DNA from: Enterobacter phage ZX14
Reading direction: 5' to 3' (one strand)
Sequence record: PP236086.1
DNA: 64,000 bases
Numbering within the stretch: position 1 is the stretch's first letter; each line of letters begins with the position of its first letter. Below are positions 1 through 9,550 of the stretch, piece after piece. The translations under genes and the position numbers were made by a program. The notes beneath the pieces were generated by a model that saw only the letters and a program-made list of their open reading frames with translations, had not been told where the DNA came from and did not search any database.

Positions 1-24
1 TTAAGTTGTCGAATAATTCTTTCA

Positions 25-432
25 TCATTTAGCCTTATGTTGGGTGTTCCATGGAGGATTGAAGAGCTTGATGAACATTGGCTCCTCTAAATCTGTAGTG
101 GAGACGGACATCGTGCCAAGCTCATTTGTCATTGATAGGTTAAAGCACTGACGTGCATAGAACTCTACCTTCTTACCAGATATTAACGCGTCGTATATAG
201 CAGCAGATTTAACTGAATCACTGTTTTGATTTGTGCGATTAATACTGGTTCTGTAATAATTTATACGTTTGCGCAAGTTCTTAGTCTTGCCTATGTACAT
301 CAGTTCATCATCGACTGAAATAGCATATATGACGTTTTGCTTATTCGGTACTGTAAGAGTCTTGATAGTACAATCGTCGTTGAGCTCTAATGTAACATAC
401 TTTATGAAGCTGTATTCATTTGCTAATTTCAT
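25..432 (-). CDS. denA: endonuclease II (GIY-YIG family)
   Basis: 135 aa. Near-identical to T4 DenA over its full length (EYSFIKY...VIYAI..DELVYIGKTKNLRKRINYYR...FYARQCFNLSMTNELGTM). Lies downstream of nrdB as in T4. Confidence 0.85.
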   Translation of the reverse strand: MKLANEYSFIKYVTLELNDDCTIKTLTVPNKQNVIYAISVDDELMYIGKTKNLRKRINYYRTSINRTNQNSDSVKSAAIYDALISGKKVEFYARQCFNLSMTNELGTMSVSTTDLEEPMFIKLFNPPWNTQHKAK

Positions 433-458
433 ACTAAAGTAGGGCCGAAGCCCTATCC

Positions 459-1637
459 TTAAAGATAAACACGGAAGCCGTTAAGTACGTCCGCATCGAC
501 ATCGTTATCAATTTGTGCAACAAGATAAGAAGAGATTTCTACTTCTTGAGGCGCAGCCTGTACAAGGTCTGAGTTCAGATATTCACGAATCCAAGGGATA
601 GGATGGCGTGTTGACTCAAGTACAATATCACAAGGAAGACCGGCGGCTTTCATTCTGCTTACAGTCAGATAATCGATGAACTGGTGAAGAATTTCAACGT
701 TCAGACCTGGAAGCCCACCATTACGGAACAGGTGAATGGCCCATTCTTTTTCTTGACGGTTTACTTCCATGAAGATTTCTACTGCTTCACGTTCGCATTC
801 TTTAGCAATTTGAACCCACTCATCACCATCAGTACCCATCTGGAGTTGACGGATGATGTATTGAGTAGATTTCAGATGAAGCTGTTCGTCACGTGCAATG
901 AACTTCATAATCTTGCTGTTACCTTCCATGATTTCCATGTTCTTATGGAAGTTGAAGGTACAAGCGAATGAAACGTAGAAACGAATTGCTTCAAGTGCGT
1001 TGATAGAATGCAGGCACAGATAAAGAGCCTTCATGAGCTCATGTTTGCATTCAGTTTCATGTTTAACAGCATCTAAAAACAGATCATCAGAATGTTCGGT
1101 CGCTTCATAAAAATCAACATCAGCTTTAGCATTCTGCCAATAACGAGTTTTAGCCAGAACGTCATCGTACAAACGACCGATTGATTCAGCACGAGCCATA
1201 ATTGCTTCGTCAAGAATAATCTCATCGAAGATTTTAGCCGGGTCTGCAAACAGATTGCGCATGATATGTGTATAAGAGCGACTGTGGATGGTCTCAGAGA
1301 ACGTCCAAGTCTGAATCCATGTATCTAATGATGGGTCAGATACTAATGCCGCTAGGACCGCTGCAGGGGCCCTGCCTTGAATAGAATCAAGCAGTGATTG
1401 ATACTTCAGGTTAGAAATGAAGATGTCTTGCTGATGGTCTGCAAGCTTATCAAACTGAGCTTTGTCAGTCATCAAGTTTACTTCTTCAGGACGCCAGAAA
1501 AAACTTAATTGCTTTTCAGTGAGCTCTTCGAATTGTTTGTGGCGCTGGACATCGTAACGAGCAATACCAAGACCAGAACCGAAGAACATCGGTTCGTTCA
1601 TGATATCAACTTGCTCTTTATTAAAAACCGTACTCAT
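459..1637 (-). CDS. nrdB: ribonucleotide reductase small (beta) subunit, uninterrupted
   Basis: 392 aa class Ia RNR R2 (ferritin-like fold, di-iron ligands). Same position as T4 nrdB. No intron or I-TevIII. Confidence 0.95.
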   Translation of the reverse strand: MSTVFNKEQVDIMNEPMFFGSGLGIARYDVQRHKQFEELTEKQLSFFWRPEEVNLMTDKAQFDKLADHQQDIFISNLKYQSLLDSIQGRAPAAVLAALVSDPSLDTWIQTWTFSETIHSRSYTHIMRNLFADPAKIFDEIILDEAIMARAESIGRLYDDVLAKTRYWQNAKADVDFYEATEHSDDLFLDAVKHETECKHELMKALYLCLHSINALEAIRFYVSFACTFNFHKNMEIMEGNSKIMKFIARDEQLHLKSTQYIIRQLQMGTDGDEWVQIAKECEREAVEIFMEVNRQEKEWAIHLFRNGGLPGLNVEILHQFIDYLTVSRMKAAGLPCDIVLESTRHPIPWIREYLNSDLVQAAPQEVEISSYLVAQIDNDVDADVLNGFRVYL

Positions 1638-1852
1638 TTAACTTCCTCAAATTCAAATTCAACTTCTACATGAGCAATTGCTTCTGCACCTAAACGATAA
1701 CCTTCAAGATACATTGCAACGCCATATTCATCACCGTGAAATGTTGGCGGGACTTCTAAAAGTGAAGTATGAACAACAAATTCTTTCATTTGTTCGCCGT
1801 TATTATAAACAGCATAGATATCATAACTTTTTGCTTCTGTTTTGTGGCTCAT
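1634..1852 (-). CDS. hypothetical small protein
   Basis: 72-aa ORF. Its stop overlaps the nrdB start (ATGA-type coupling). Acidic C-terminus. Confidence 0.45.
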   Translation of the reverse strand: MSHKTEAKSYDIYAVYNNGEQMKEFVVHTSLLEVPPTFHGDEYGVAMYLEGYRLGAEAIAHVEVEFEFEEVK

Positions 1853-1892
1853 TTTATTTCCTCAAAAGGGCTCTTCCATGAGCCTATTATAC

Positions 1893-4148
1893 TTAAAGTT
1901 TACATGCAGCGCAATCGTCCGCTTTAGGACCTTCGATTTCGTAATCATCGGTACCGGACCCATCACGAGTGTTGTGATAATAAGCAGTCTTACCACCAAG
2001 TGACCAGAAGTAAAGCATATCACGCATCATGACTGACATCTCAACCTTACCTTTAGGGAAATTCTGAGGGTCATAATCAAAGTTTGTGGAAATACTTTGA
2101 CATACGAATTTCTGCATAATTGCTGCCTGAGTCAGGTAACCACGCATACCACGTTTAGTCATCTGCCACAGATAATCATACAGCTCAAGGTTATCTTCAA
2201 CCTTCGGGACAACCTGGTTAAATGAACCTTCTTTAGATTCTTTAACACTTACAGGGCCACGAGGAGGCTCGATGCCGTTCGTCGAGTTCGAGACTTGGCT
2301 TGAGGATTCACATGGCATAAGTGCGGACAATGTTGAGTTACGGATACCGTGTAATTTAAGGTCTTCCCGCAGCTGTTCCCAGTCACATACGTAGTTCGGC
2401 GCTGCGACGTTGTCAATCTTTTTATTGTACCAGTCGATAGGTAATTCGCCTCGAGACCAACGAGTGTCTGAATAATATTCGCAATGGCCTTTTTCTTTTG
2501 CGAGCTTAACAGATGCTGTGATGAGCCCATACTGTAACCTTTCAAACAATTCATGAGTTAAATCGTTAGCATCATCGTATGTAGCGAAGTTATTAGCCAG
2601 GAACCCAGCATAGTTCGTTACACCAACACCTAATGCACGACGCTTTTTAGCTTTCAGCGCTTCTTCGACAGGATAATCCTGATAATCAAGCAGGTTGTCA
2701 AGAGCACGCACCATTACTTCAGAGAGTTCATTTACCATGTCTTGGTCTTGATAATCAAAGCTATCCAGAACAAATGCCGCTAGCGTACACAGAGCGATCT
2801 CAGGGTCATCACCACCAACATCTTTAGTAGGCAGAGCGATTTCACAGCACAGGTTACTTTGTTTTACCGTAGCAATGTCACGAATAAATGGACCATGGTC
2901 ACCAACGTTATCAACGAAATAAGGATAAATTCGTGCTGTACCAGAACGTTCAGTGAAGAATGTTTCGAACAGCTCGAGAGCCTTAATACGTTTCTTACGA
3001 ACGGTAGGGTCTTTTTCTAATTGTTCGTATAATTCACGGAACTCGTCTGCATTTTTGAAATAACTTTCATACAGGGCACCCGCCATAATTTCAGGACTGA
3101 ACAATGTGATGTAATCATTTTTAATCAGACGTTCGATCATCAAGTCGTTAATCTGAATACCATAGTCTAAGTGACGAATACGGTTTTCGTCTACGCCTTT
3201 GTTGTTCTTAAGTACGAGGAGGTTTTCAACTTCCAAGTGCCAGATTGGATAGTACAATGTCGCCGCACCACCACGGACTCCGCCTTGGGAGCAGGATTTA
3301 ACTGCGGTTTGGAAGTGTTTCCAGAAAGGAATAACGCCAGTATGTTTGACTTCGCCATGACCAATTTTAGAACCTTCTGCACGAATCATGCCTGCGTTAA
3401 TACCGATACCGGCACGCTTGCTGATATATTTGATGATGCTGTTAGCCGCTTTGTTAATTGAATTCAGTGAATCACCACCTTCGATAACAACGCAACTTGA
3501 GAATTGACGAGTAGGAGTACGAACGCCTGCCATAATAGGAGTTGGCAATGAAATCTGACGTTGACTTACTGCATCATAGAAACGAAGAACGTGCTTAATA
3601 CGCTCATTTGGTTCGTCCTGGTGTAAACACATACCAATCAACATGAATGCGAACTGAGGTGTTTCGTACACTTTGCCAGTCGAACGGTTTTTGACCAGGT
3701 ATTTTTCTTTCAGCTGCATCGTTCCAGCATAAGTGAGTTCGAAGTCACGGTTGTGGTCGATACGAGATTCAAGATATGCAATTTCTTCTGCCGACCATTT
3801 CTGAAGGATTTCTTTATCATAAAGCCCTTCATTGACAACACGAGAAATATGGTCGATAAATGATGGTGGTTCGAATTGTCCGTACACGTCTTTGCGTAAC
3901 GCAAACATAGCCAGATTAGAAGCAACATACTGGAAATCAGGCTCCTGAACAGAGATGGCATTTGCTGCTACTTTGATAATAGCAGTTTGGATATCACGAG
4001 TGGTCATACCGTCTTGCAGATATGGTTTCACACGTTCGTATAAATCGTATGGGTCGATGTTAGTATTTTTTGTAGCCCAATCCAGAACTTGGATGATTTT
4101 ATTTGGTTCAAACAGCGTTGCAATACCGCTGGACTTTACTACTTGCAT
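1893..4148 (-). CDS. nrdA: ribonucleotide reductase large (alpha) subunit
   Basis: 751 aa with ATP-cone N-terminus, catalytic Cys motifs and C-terminal CxxC redoxins (DDCAACKL). T4 NrdA homolog. Confidence 0.95.
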   Translation of the reverse strand: MQVVKSSGIATLFEPNKIIQVLDWATKNTNIDPYDLYERVKPYLQDGMTTRDIQTAIIKVAANAISVQEPDFQYVASNLAMFALRKDVYGQFEPPSFIDHISRVVNEGLYDKEILQKWSAEEIAYLESRIDHNRDFELTYAGTMQLKEKYLVKNRSTGKVYETPQFAFMLIGMCLHQDEPNERIKHVLRFYDAVSQRQISLPTPIMAGVRTPTRQFSSCVVIEGGDSLNSINKAANSIIKYISKRAGIGINAGMIRAEGSKIGHGEVKHTGVIPFWKHFQTAVKSCSQGGVRGGAATLYYPIWHLEVENLLVLKNNKGVDENRIRHLDYGIQINDLMIERLIKNDYITLFSPEIMAGALYESYFKNADEFRELYEQLEKDPTVRKKRIKALELFETFFTERSGTARIYPYFVDNVGDHGPFIRDIATVKQSNLCCEIALPTKDVGGDDPEIALCTLAAFVLDSFDYQDQDMVNELSEVMVRALDNLLDYQDYPVEEALKAKKRRALGVGVTNYAGFLANNFATYDDANDLTHELFERLQYGLITASVKLAKEKGHCEYYSDTRWSRGELPIDWYNKKIDNVAAPNYVCDWEQLREDLKLHGIRNSTLSALMPCESSSQVSNSTNGIEPPRGPVSVKESKEGSFNQVVPKVEDNLELYDYLWQMTKRGMRGYLTQAAIMQKFVCQSISTNFDYDPQNFPKGKVEMSVMMRDMLYFWSLGGKTAYYHNTRDGSGTDDYEIEGPKADDCAACKL

Positions 4149-4450
4149 TATAAGTCCTCTAATGAAAATGTGTCTTTAAAAAGTTTATTCACCACTTCGG
4201 CTATTATATCACCATGACATGGCTTAGGTTTACATGTGCATCCTAATCTCATTCCACGTAATGGTTCTAGATGGGCTCTAGTGATTTCTCCGTTTCGGAG
4301 TTTATTATAAAAATCCTGTTTAAATGCAAGAATGGCAGCCTCTCGACTGCCAGCATCTTTACCTACATAATTACCCCAGAACGTTCCTCGATGAATATTG
4401 ACATCGAAGTCGGACTGGTATTTATTCACAACCCGACACGCTCTTTTCAT
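4148..4450 (-). CDS. DUF4326-like small protein
   Basis: 100 aa ending in the ...GCTCKPKPCHGDII motif typical of the DUF4326 family. Translationally coupled to nrdA. Confidence 0.55.
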   Translation of the reverse strand: MKRACRVVNKYQSDFDVNIHRGTFWGNYVGKDAGSREAAILAFKQDFYNKLRNGEITRAHLEPLRGMRLGCTCKPKPCHGDIIAEVVNKLFKDTFSLEDL

Positions 4451-4647
4451 TATTTTACTTTATGAACAATCACTAGAAGTTGTGGCTCATTATTCTTAAT
4501 TTCAATAAATGAAGCATTAATTCTATAAAAATAATTATCAATCATGATATCAGTACCATTTAATAAATCATTTTTATCTAAACGGTCTTCTAAAACAGCA
4601 AAAATTTTATTTTTATGTTCATCACAAAACACGGTTTTCATTCGCAA
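4450..4647 (-). CDS. hypothetical protein
   Basis: 65-aa ORF in the gene chain between td and nrdA, start/stop coupled. Confidence 0.4.
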   Translation of the reverse strand: MRMKTVFCDEHKNKIFAVLEDRLDKNDLLNGTDIMIDNYFYRINASFIEIKNNEPQLLVIVHKVK

Positions 4648-4865
4648 GCCCTCAATGTTGCTTGTAAGATTTCGATTAAATCACGGGCGTGGTCTCGGTC
4701 TATATCGAACCCAAGGCCAGGCGTATTCATTTTAATACGAATGGTATTATCGTAATTAGGATAACAGACAGCTTGAATTTTCTGCCAGTGCTTGTCTGTC
4801 ACTAATTCTATTTTAACCTGGTGAAGCGTATCACCAGGACTATTGCTGTCTGTTCTTTTAATCAT
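4638..4865 (-). CDS. hypothetical protein
   Basis: 75-aa ORF. Its stop overlaps the start of the next ORF. Confidence 0.4.
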   Translation of the reverse strand: MIKRTDSNSPGDTLHQVKIELVTDKHWQKIQAVCYPNYDNTIRIKMNTPGLGFDIDRDHARDLIEILQATLRACE

Positions 4866-5737
4866 ACGGCCATCTTCGCTTTAATAGTTGGATGAGATTC
4901 GTAACCTTTAAGAACAAAATCTGAAGGCTTCATCATTCCAGTAACCCATGCCAACTGTTGTTCGGTTGTAAGTTCATGAAACTCTTTATCAATTACTGGA
5001 GGCCAATAATTAATTTCAAGTTGACACAGCGGCTTAGGCTCACGTCGAAGGACTTCACGACACTGTTCGATATGGTTCGAATAGATGTGTGTATTGCCGC
5101 CTGAGAACACGAGGTCGCCTGGAATAAGATTACACATCTTCGCTACGATATGCAACAGGGCGGCGTAGGAGGCGATATTAAATGGTAATCCTAAGAACAC
5201 GTCCACTGAACGCTGATACCATTGCAGATCAAGATGCCCATTACGTACGTTGAACTGATAGAACATATGGCAAGGAGGCAGGGCCATACGGTCAATTTCA
5301 GCCGGGTTCCATGCAGAAACAATCTGACGACGGTCATTAGGCAGTTGTTTAATACGGTCGATAATTTTTACGACTTGGTCTACGCCACCGAAATCTCGCC
5401 ACTGCTTACCATACACTGGACCGAGTTCACCACCAGAATAACCGAGGTCTTTCGCCTGGTTTTCATAGTTTTCGTCCCAAATCGTTTTACCTTCAATTAA
5501 TGAACCGTGCGTACGTTGACGTAATTCATTGACGTTCGTGCTTCCAGACAAGAACCACAGCAATTCAGCAATACAAGCTTTCCATGCTAATTTCTTAGTC
5601 GTTACAGCAGGGAATCCTTGAGTAAGGTCCCAACGGGCCTTCGTCCCGAATACTGCAATTGTTCCAGTCCCAGTACGGTCATCAGTTTCATAACCGTTAG
5701 TAAGAATATGTTGAATCAGTTCTTGATATTGTTTCAT
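4862..5737 (-). CDS. td: thymidylate synthase, uninterrupted
   Basis: 291 aa ThyA (MKQYQELIQHILTNGYETDDRTGTGT..., catalytic Cys region PPCH). No td intron or I-TevI. Confidence 0.95.
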   Translation of the reverse strand: MKQYQELIQHILTNGYETDDRTGTGTIAVFGTKARWDLTQGFPAVTTKKLAWKACIAELLWFLSGSTNVNELRQRTHGSLIEGKTIWDENYENQAKDLGYSGGELGPVYGKQWRDFGGVDQVVKIIDRIKQLPNDRRQIVSAWNPAEIDRMALPPCHMFYQFNVRNGHLDLQWYQRSVDVFLGLPFNIASYAALLHIVAKMCNLIPGDLVFSGGNTHIYSNHIEQCREVLRREPKPLCQLEINYWPPVIDKEFHELTTEQQLAWVTGMMKPSDFVLKGYESHPTIKAKMAV

Positions 5738-6093
5738 TCTGCACCTAATATAAAGAGAATTTCACTGCCACGTTTATCGAATCTACCTCTCATAGATACG
5801 ATATCTTCATTATACCATAGATTTTGTGCAGCAATTTGTTTCAACAATTCGACATGACTACACAAGACTTTAACGATACGACCTTGACGTTGACCGTACC
5901 CGTCTAGCCAAAGACGGAAGCCATTATCATTGCTTTGGATGTTTTTAATATCGCAATCAATTTCATATAGGCCGTGAGGAATAGTATTGAACAAATGAGG
6001 GTTACGTTTGTACCCATCAATGGTCGGAACTGGCCCTTGGACCACTAAAGCCCATTTCTTTTGGACCGGGTCTACATCAATAAGGCGAATCAT
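5734..6093 (-). CDS. hypothetical protein inserted between td and frd
   Basis: ORF chosen from the internal ATG preceded by a GAGGT Shine-Dalgarno. The six-frame ORF extends to 6144. No T4 counterpart at this junction. Confidence 0.45.
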   Translation of the reverse strand: MIRLIDVDPVQKKWALVVQGPVPTIDGYKRNPHLFNTIPHGLYEIDCDIKNIQSNDNGFRLWLDGYGQRQGRIVKVLCSHVELLKQIAAQNLWYNEDIVSMRGRFDKRGSEILFILGAE

Positions 6094-6412
6094 AATGAAC
6101 CTCTGTTTCAGGAATGAAGTAGAACTTAGTGCCTTGCTTTTCAAAGTGGCCGATAATAGTCACGTATGGATCGTCGAATGTTACGTTCTGAACACGCATG
6201 GCTTCAATCCACGTTTTCGTACAGCGAGTAAGATAAGTCGTGAACTGATTAAATGGGGCAAATTCGCCATGGATATAATTAGCGTTCGTAGAGAACAGAC
6301 TTACTTTAATATCAGCCAGAGGCAGACGAAGAGCATAGATGCCTTTATCAAACTGAGGGCCTTGCCACTTAGGTTGTTTCCGGAACTTTTCAATTAGATG
6401 AGCATAATACAT
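6077..6412 (-). CDS. hypothetical protein inserted between td and frd
   Basis: 111-aa ORF. Its start abuts the frd stop. No recognisable motif. Confidence 0.45.
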   Translation of the reverse strand: MYYAHLIEKFRKQPKWQGPQFDKGIYALRLPLADIKVSLFSTNANYIHGEFAPFNQFTTYLTRCTKTWIEAMRVQNVTFDDPYVTIIGHFEKQGTKFYFIPETEVHYDSPY

Positions 6413-7017
6413 TAAATGTCCTTAGGCGTATAAACGCTTTCAATAATTTGAGTAATTTCATCGCATTGATACCAATGACTTTCAATCATTTTATACTTAT
6501 TGCGAATAGTAGCAATTACTTCTACAGGCATCTGAACATCAGAATTAACCCGGCGGTCTTTAATGATGGTCGTGTGTACAACCTGGTCAACCCTGGCAAT
6601 CGCCTGCTCAATTAAAGCTTTACCGCCAATGATACTTACATTGTCAGAGTTCCGGCTTACAGTAGCGTCCCAGGGATATTCCTTGGTGGCTGTAGAAACG
6701 ATGATATTCTCGCCATTCAAGAAGCGTTCGAACTCTTCAGGAGACATCACTTCAGATGGGTAGGTACCATCTTTAGTTTGAGGCTTACCACGTTGAAGAT
6801 TACATACAACAATAGAACGGCGGCCAGGAAGAGGCTTCGGAAAACTCTCCCAGGTTTTAGCACCCATAATCATAATCGTATTATCAGTGCGTGCTTTAAA
6901 GTTTTTAAGGTCTTGAGGGATACGACCCCATGGCAGACCATTATTCAGACCGAAGGCAATTTCGGATTTACCTTCGATAGTTTTTGTATTACAAGTTGCG
7001 AATACTAATTGGAGCAT
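6412..7017 (-). CDS. frd: dihydrofolate reductase
   Basis: 201 aa DHFR (…FGLNNGLPWGRIPQDLKNFK…). T4 Frd homolog. Confidence 0.9.
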   Translation of the reverse strand: MLQLVFATCNTKTIEGKSEIAFGLNNGLPWGRIPQDLKNFKARTDNTIMIMGAKTWESFPKPLPGRRSIVVCNLQRGKPQTKDGTYPSEVMSPEEFERFLNGENIIVSTATKEYPWDATVSRNSDNVSIIGGKALIEQAIARVDQVVHTTIIKDRRVNSDVQMPVEVIATIRNKYKMIESHWYQCDEITQIIESVYTPKDI

Positions 7018-7265
7018 TATCGTACCTCAATATAAGCTACAGCAGAAGGAGCTATATACATGCCCATTTCATCACATGGGTCGCCAAGAACAAAGCGATA
7101 ATTGTTACCGCGGCCTTGGAACCAGGCTAATTGGACCGTGTGCATCTCGCCATAAATTGTTTCAATTAAGAAAGGCTTATCATAAGCTTCGTCTGCATAA
7201 AGCGTGTCAAGACAAAAATCAGGCCCAATTTTAACCAGGCAGATATTTTTGTATTCGAGTTCCAT
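7017..7265 (-). CDS. hypothetical protein
   Basis: 82-aa ORF, start-stop coupled to frd. Confidence 0.4.
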   Translation of the reverse strand: MELEYKNICLVKIGPDFCLDTLYADEAYDKPFLIETIYGEMHTVQLAWFQGRGNNYRFVLGDPCDEMGMYIAPSAVAYIEVR

Positions 7266-7507
7266 TATAATAGCCCCTTTTCTTCTATGAACGAAATATC
7301 GTCTGGGTCTATACCATAATCCATATCTTCGCCAGGTTTAACAAAGCTAAAGTGTCCATCCACCTCGCAAAGCTCTGCTTGGAAAATAGAACCCCACTTA
7401 TCTTCAAGAACTAAAAGACTATTATAATTCTTGCTTTTCATCATTAGACTAAGTTCATGTTGACTTTTGTATTCGAATTCTTTTAATTCAATAGTTTTAC
7501 GTTTCAT
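7265..7507 (-). CDS. hypothetical protein
   Basis: Start taken at MKRKT. Its ATG overlaps the stop of the upstream zinc-ribbon ORF (TAATG). Confidence 0.4.
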   Translation of the reverse strand: MKRKTIELKEFEYKSQHELSLMMKSKNYNSLLVLEDKWGSIFQAELCEVDGHFSFVKPGEDMDYGIDPDDISFIEEKGLL

Positions 7508-7602
7508 TAGCCTTGCCTCATTCCACATTTAAAACATTTACCACCGAGTGACCATAGCCCGGCGCCACAATACTTACATTCCCAGTCACTTAGAATCCAC
7601 AT
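7507..7602 (-). CDS. small C4 zinc-ribbon protein (31 aa)
   Basis: MWILSDWECKYCGAGLWSLGGKCFKCGMRQG has CxxC…CxxC. Not in the ORF track because it is under 60 aa. Confidence 0.35.
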   Translation of the reverse strand: MWILSDWECKYCGAGLWSLGGKCFKCGMRQG

Positions 7603-7913
7603 GATTTGTGGCCACTCGCTTTAACCATATCACGAAGAACTTTGAAGCCTTGTTCAACTGCACCAGCCACTTCTTCAAAGACCGATTTCTTCAGAATGAA
7701 AAGTGAACCACTGGCTGTTTTATTGCCAATGCAATTGTTGATTACCTGGTCATCCAGAGGGAAGTCACCATAAGTGGTTTCAACCTTACCTGAGACTTGA
7801 TTGCCACGTGAATGTGGGTCGAATGCCATATGGATATATGATACTCCCGGAATAGTATCAAACTGACAACGAACTTTAATCGTCGGGTAACCTGTTACGC
7901 TAATCTTAGACAT
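7590..7913 (-). CDS. hypothetical protein
   Basis: Start taken at MSKIS (ATG 7913), just after the stop of the upstream ORF. Confidence 0.4.
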   Translation of the reverse strand: MSKISVTGYPTIKVRCQFDTIPGVSYIHMAFDPHSRGNQVSGKVETTYGDFPLDDQVINNCIGNKTASGSLFILKKSVFEEVAGAVEQGFKVLRDMVKASGHKSCGF

Positions 7914-8184
7914 TTTTCTTCGCCTTTTTCCAAGCAGCTTTAAATTCTTCAACGTCTTCAACATGAATCCAGAATCCTGAACCGAAGCCATCTTCATAGC
8001 AAGGGCAGCCATCGCAGTAACGATCCCAAGTAACTACTTCAGAACCGATAGTATGGTTGCATTCTATTGCACGAAGACGATCTTCAGCGGCTTCAAGAGC
8101 TTCAGGATTATCATCATGAATGTAGAACAACCACTTACCACGATTTTCAGAACCAAGTTTAATGCTTTCACGTTGAAGTTTCAT
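7906..8184 (-). CDS. hypothetical protein (Cys-rich)
   Basis: Start taken at MKLQRES, with a GGAGATTAAAATG Shine-Dalgarno. An early promoter lies immediately upstream. Confidence 0.5.
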   Translation of the reverse strand: MKLQRESIKLGSENRGKWLFYIHDDNPEALEAAEDRLRAIECNHTIGSEVVTWDRYCDGCPCYEDGFGSGFWIHVEDVEEFKAAWKKAKKNV

Positions 8185-8210
8185 TTTAATCTCCTTGTTG
8201 GTGTAGAAGC

Positions 8211-8240
8211 ATAATAACACGCTTCTACACCATTGTAAAC
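8211..8240 (-). promoter_or_regulatory. early promoter (GTTTACA -35, 18-nt spacer, TATTAT -10)
   Basis: Minus strand GTTTACAATGGTGTAGAAGCGTGTTATTAT. Flanking inverted repeat ggtgtagaagc/gcttctacacc. Confidence 0.55.
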
Positions 8241-8482
8241 TATTTCTTTAAAGCTTCTTTAAAAGCTTCAAGAGATACTGTATCAGCTGGGGTCAGATAC
8301 ACATAGTTGAATACACGACCGTCAAGCCCAAAGACTTCTACACACAGATTGTAGTAGTCACTTTCAACCAGATGCATAGCCTTAGGCTCATGAATTCGGT
8401 CAAACAATTGAACAACATTTGTACCAGCCCAGATGTTGTTACGACCATCATAATCAAAATCTTCAATCAGAACATAAATCAT
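8240..8482 (-). CDS. hypothetical protein
   Basis: 80-aa ORF. Confidence 0.45.
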   Translation of the reverse strand: MIYVLIEDFDYDGRNNIWAGTNVVQLFDRIHEPKAMHLVESDYYNLCVEVFGLDGRVFNYVYLTPADTVSLEAFKEALKK

Positions 8483-8712
8483 TTTGCCTCCAGAGCCATA
8501 ATTTCTTTGAAGTAGTTGGCATGCAGCTCACGATTGGTTTCAAAGAAGAAGTCATCATTGAAATCAATCAGAGAATCAAAATTGCCTTCCAGAACCATCA
8601 GGGTGCATACACTAATCAGTTTTTCTGATACAATTTTTACTTTAGATTTAGCAGCGATTTCACGAGCCAGTTCAACATTCTTAACTACAACTTCCAGTTT
8701 TAAAGTTTTCAT
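8479..8712 (-). CDS. hypothetical protein
   Basis: 77-aa ORF. Its stop overlaps the next start. An early promoter lies upstream. Confidence 0.45.
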   Translation of the reverse strand: MKTLKLEVVVKNVELAREIAAKSKVKIVSEKLISVCTLMVLEGNFDSLIDFNDDFFFETNRELHANYFKEIMALEAK

Positions 8713-8751
8713 TTTTAATCTCCGTTTGTTTCAATTTGTTGGTGTAGGAGT

Positions 8752-8781
8752 ATAGTAACATGCTCCTACACCGGTGTAAAC
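8752..8781 (-). promoter_or_regulatory. early promoter
   Basis: GTTTACACCGGTGTAGGAGCATGTTACTAT. The inverted repeat ggtgtaggag/ctcctacacc brackets the -10. Confidence 0.55.
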
Positions 8782-9149
8782 TACTTGTTGAAAACTTTTT
8801 TGATTAATTCAATCATTTCTTCAGCGTTATTAGAATCTACTTCCAATTTAAGCTCAAGAACACCACGTGAAGCACCTTCAGGCTTGACTTCTTCAAAGAA
8901 TTCAAATTCCAAGTTAGAGATTTCGAAGTATTCATCGCCCAAGCCGTCAGCGCTAAATTCTTCACCATTTGCCATACGAACTTTGGTTACATAACGCCCG
9001 CAATCCTCTTTATTAATTACTAAAACTGTAAACGAACCACCGTTTTCATCGATATGTTCAAGCATGTTTTCGTTACATGAGTTTTCATCAACAAACCGCT
9101 CGCGTTTGCTAGGGATAATGCGGTATACTTTGCCTTCTTTCATTTTCAT
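8781..9149 (-). CDS. hypothetical acidic protein
   Basis: 122-aa ORF. Confidence 0.45.
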   Translation of the reverse strand: MKMKEGKVYRIIPSKRERFVDENSCNENMLEHIDENGGSFTVLVINKEDCGRYVTKVRMANGEEFSADGLGDEYFEISNLEFEFFEEVKPEGASRGVLELKLEVDSNNAEEMIELIKKVFNK

Positions 9150-9370
9150 TCCTCAATCTCAGAGATAGTGTCAGCCAAGAACTCACCATCTTCATCTGCG
9201 CCTACACAGTATGATTCAGTCAAGAATTTAACGATTGCTTCACGTGAACCAGAAACTTTGTATTCAAAGCCCCATGCGATATCACCTGCAAATTTGCATT
9301 CTAAACCAAACTTCTCAACTTCGTTTTCGAAGTATTCTTCATCTGCAACGCCTAAGTAAATGTGAGCCAT
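9146..9370 (-). CDS. hypothetical protein
   Basis: Start taken at MAHIYLG, with a GGAGATTTAAAAATG Shine-Dalgarno. An early promoter lies upstream at 9402-9431. Confidence 0.5.
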   Translation of the reverse strand: MAHIYLGVADEEYFENEVEKFGLECKFAGDIAWGFEYKVSGSREAIVKFLTESYCVGADEDGEFLADTISEIEE

Positions 9371-9401
9371 TTTTAAATCTCCAGTTTGTTGGTGTAGGAG
9401 T

Positions 9402-9431
9402 ATAGTAACCTGTTTTGAAAGCGTTGTAAAC
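9402..9431 (-). promoter_or_regulatory. early promoter
   Basis: GTTTACAACGCTTTCAAAACAGGTTACTAT. Confidence 0.55.
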
Positions 9432-9550
9432 ACCTTTATTCAAAACCCCTAATGGAACATATAAGTTACTTTATCCGCAAAAAGTAGACTTAACGTAACT
9501 TATATGTTCCATAAACGAAAAATGGGAACCATAACGGTTCCCATTCATTA

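Noticed and set aside
441-454. Hairpins at 441-454 and 31271-31284 as terminators
   Set aside because: No U-tract follows on the transcribed (minus) strand. They more likely act as leader or processing stems than as intrinsic terminators.
684-971. Plus-strand ORFs inside minus-strand genes (for example 684-971 and 3171-3461), and minus-strand ORFs inside genes 34-38 (for example 14620-14910, 16012-16317, 16390-16710, 17829-18227, 19429-19635, 19756-19965, 21971-22234)
   Set aside because: These are antisense or alternative-frame artefacts within well-supported conserved genes. They have no ribosome-binding sites and no coupling to neighbours.
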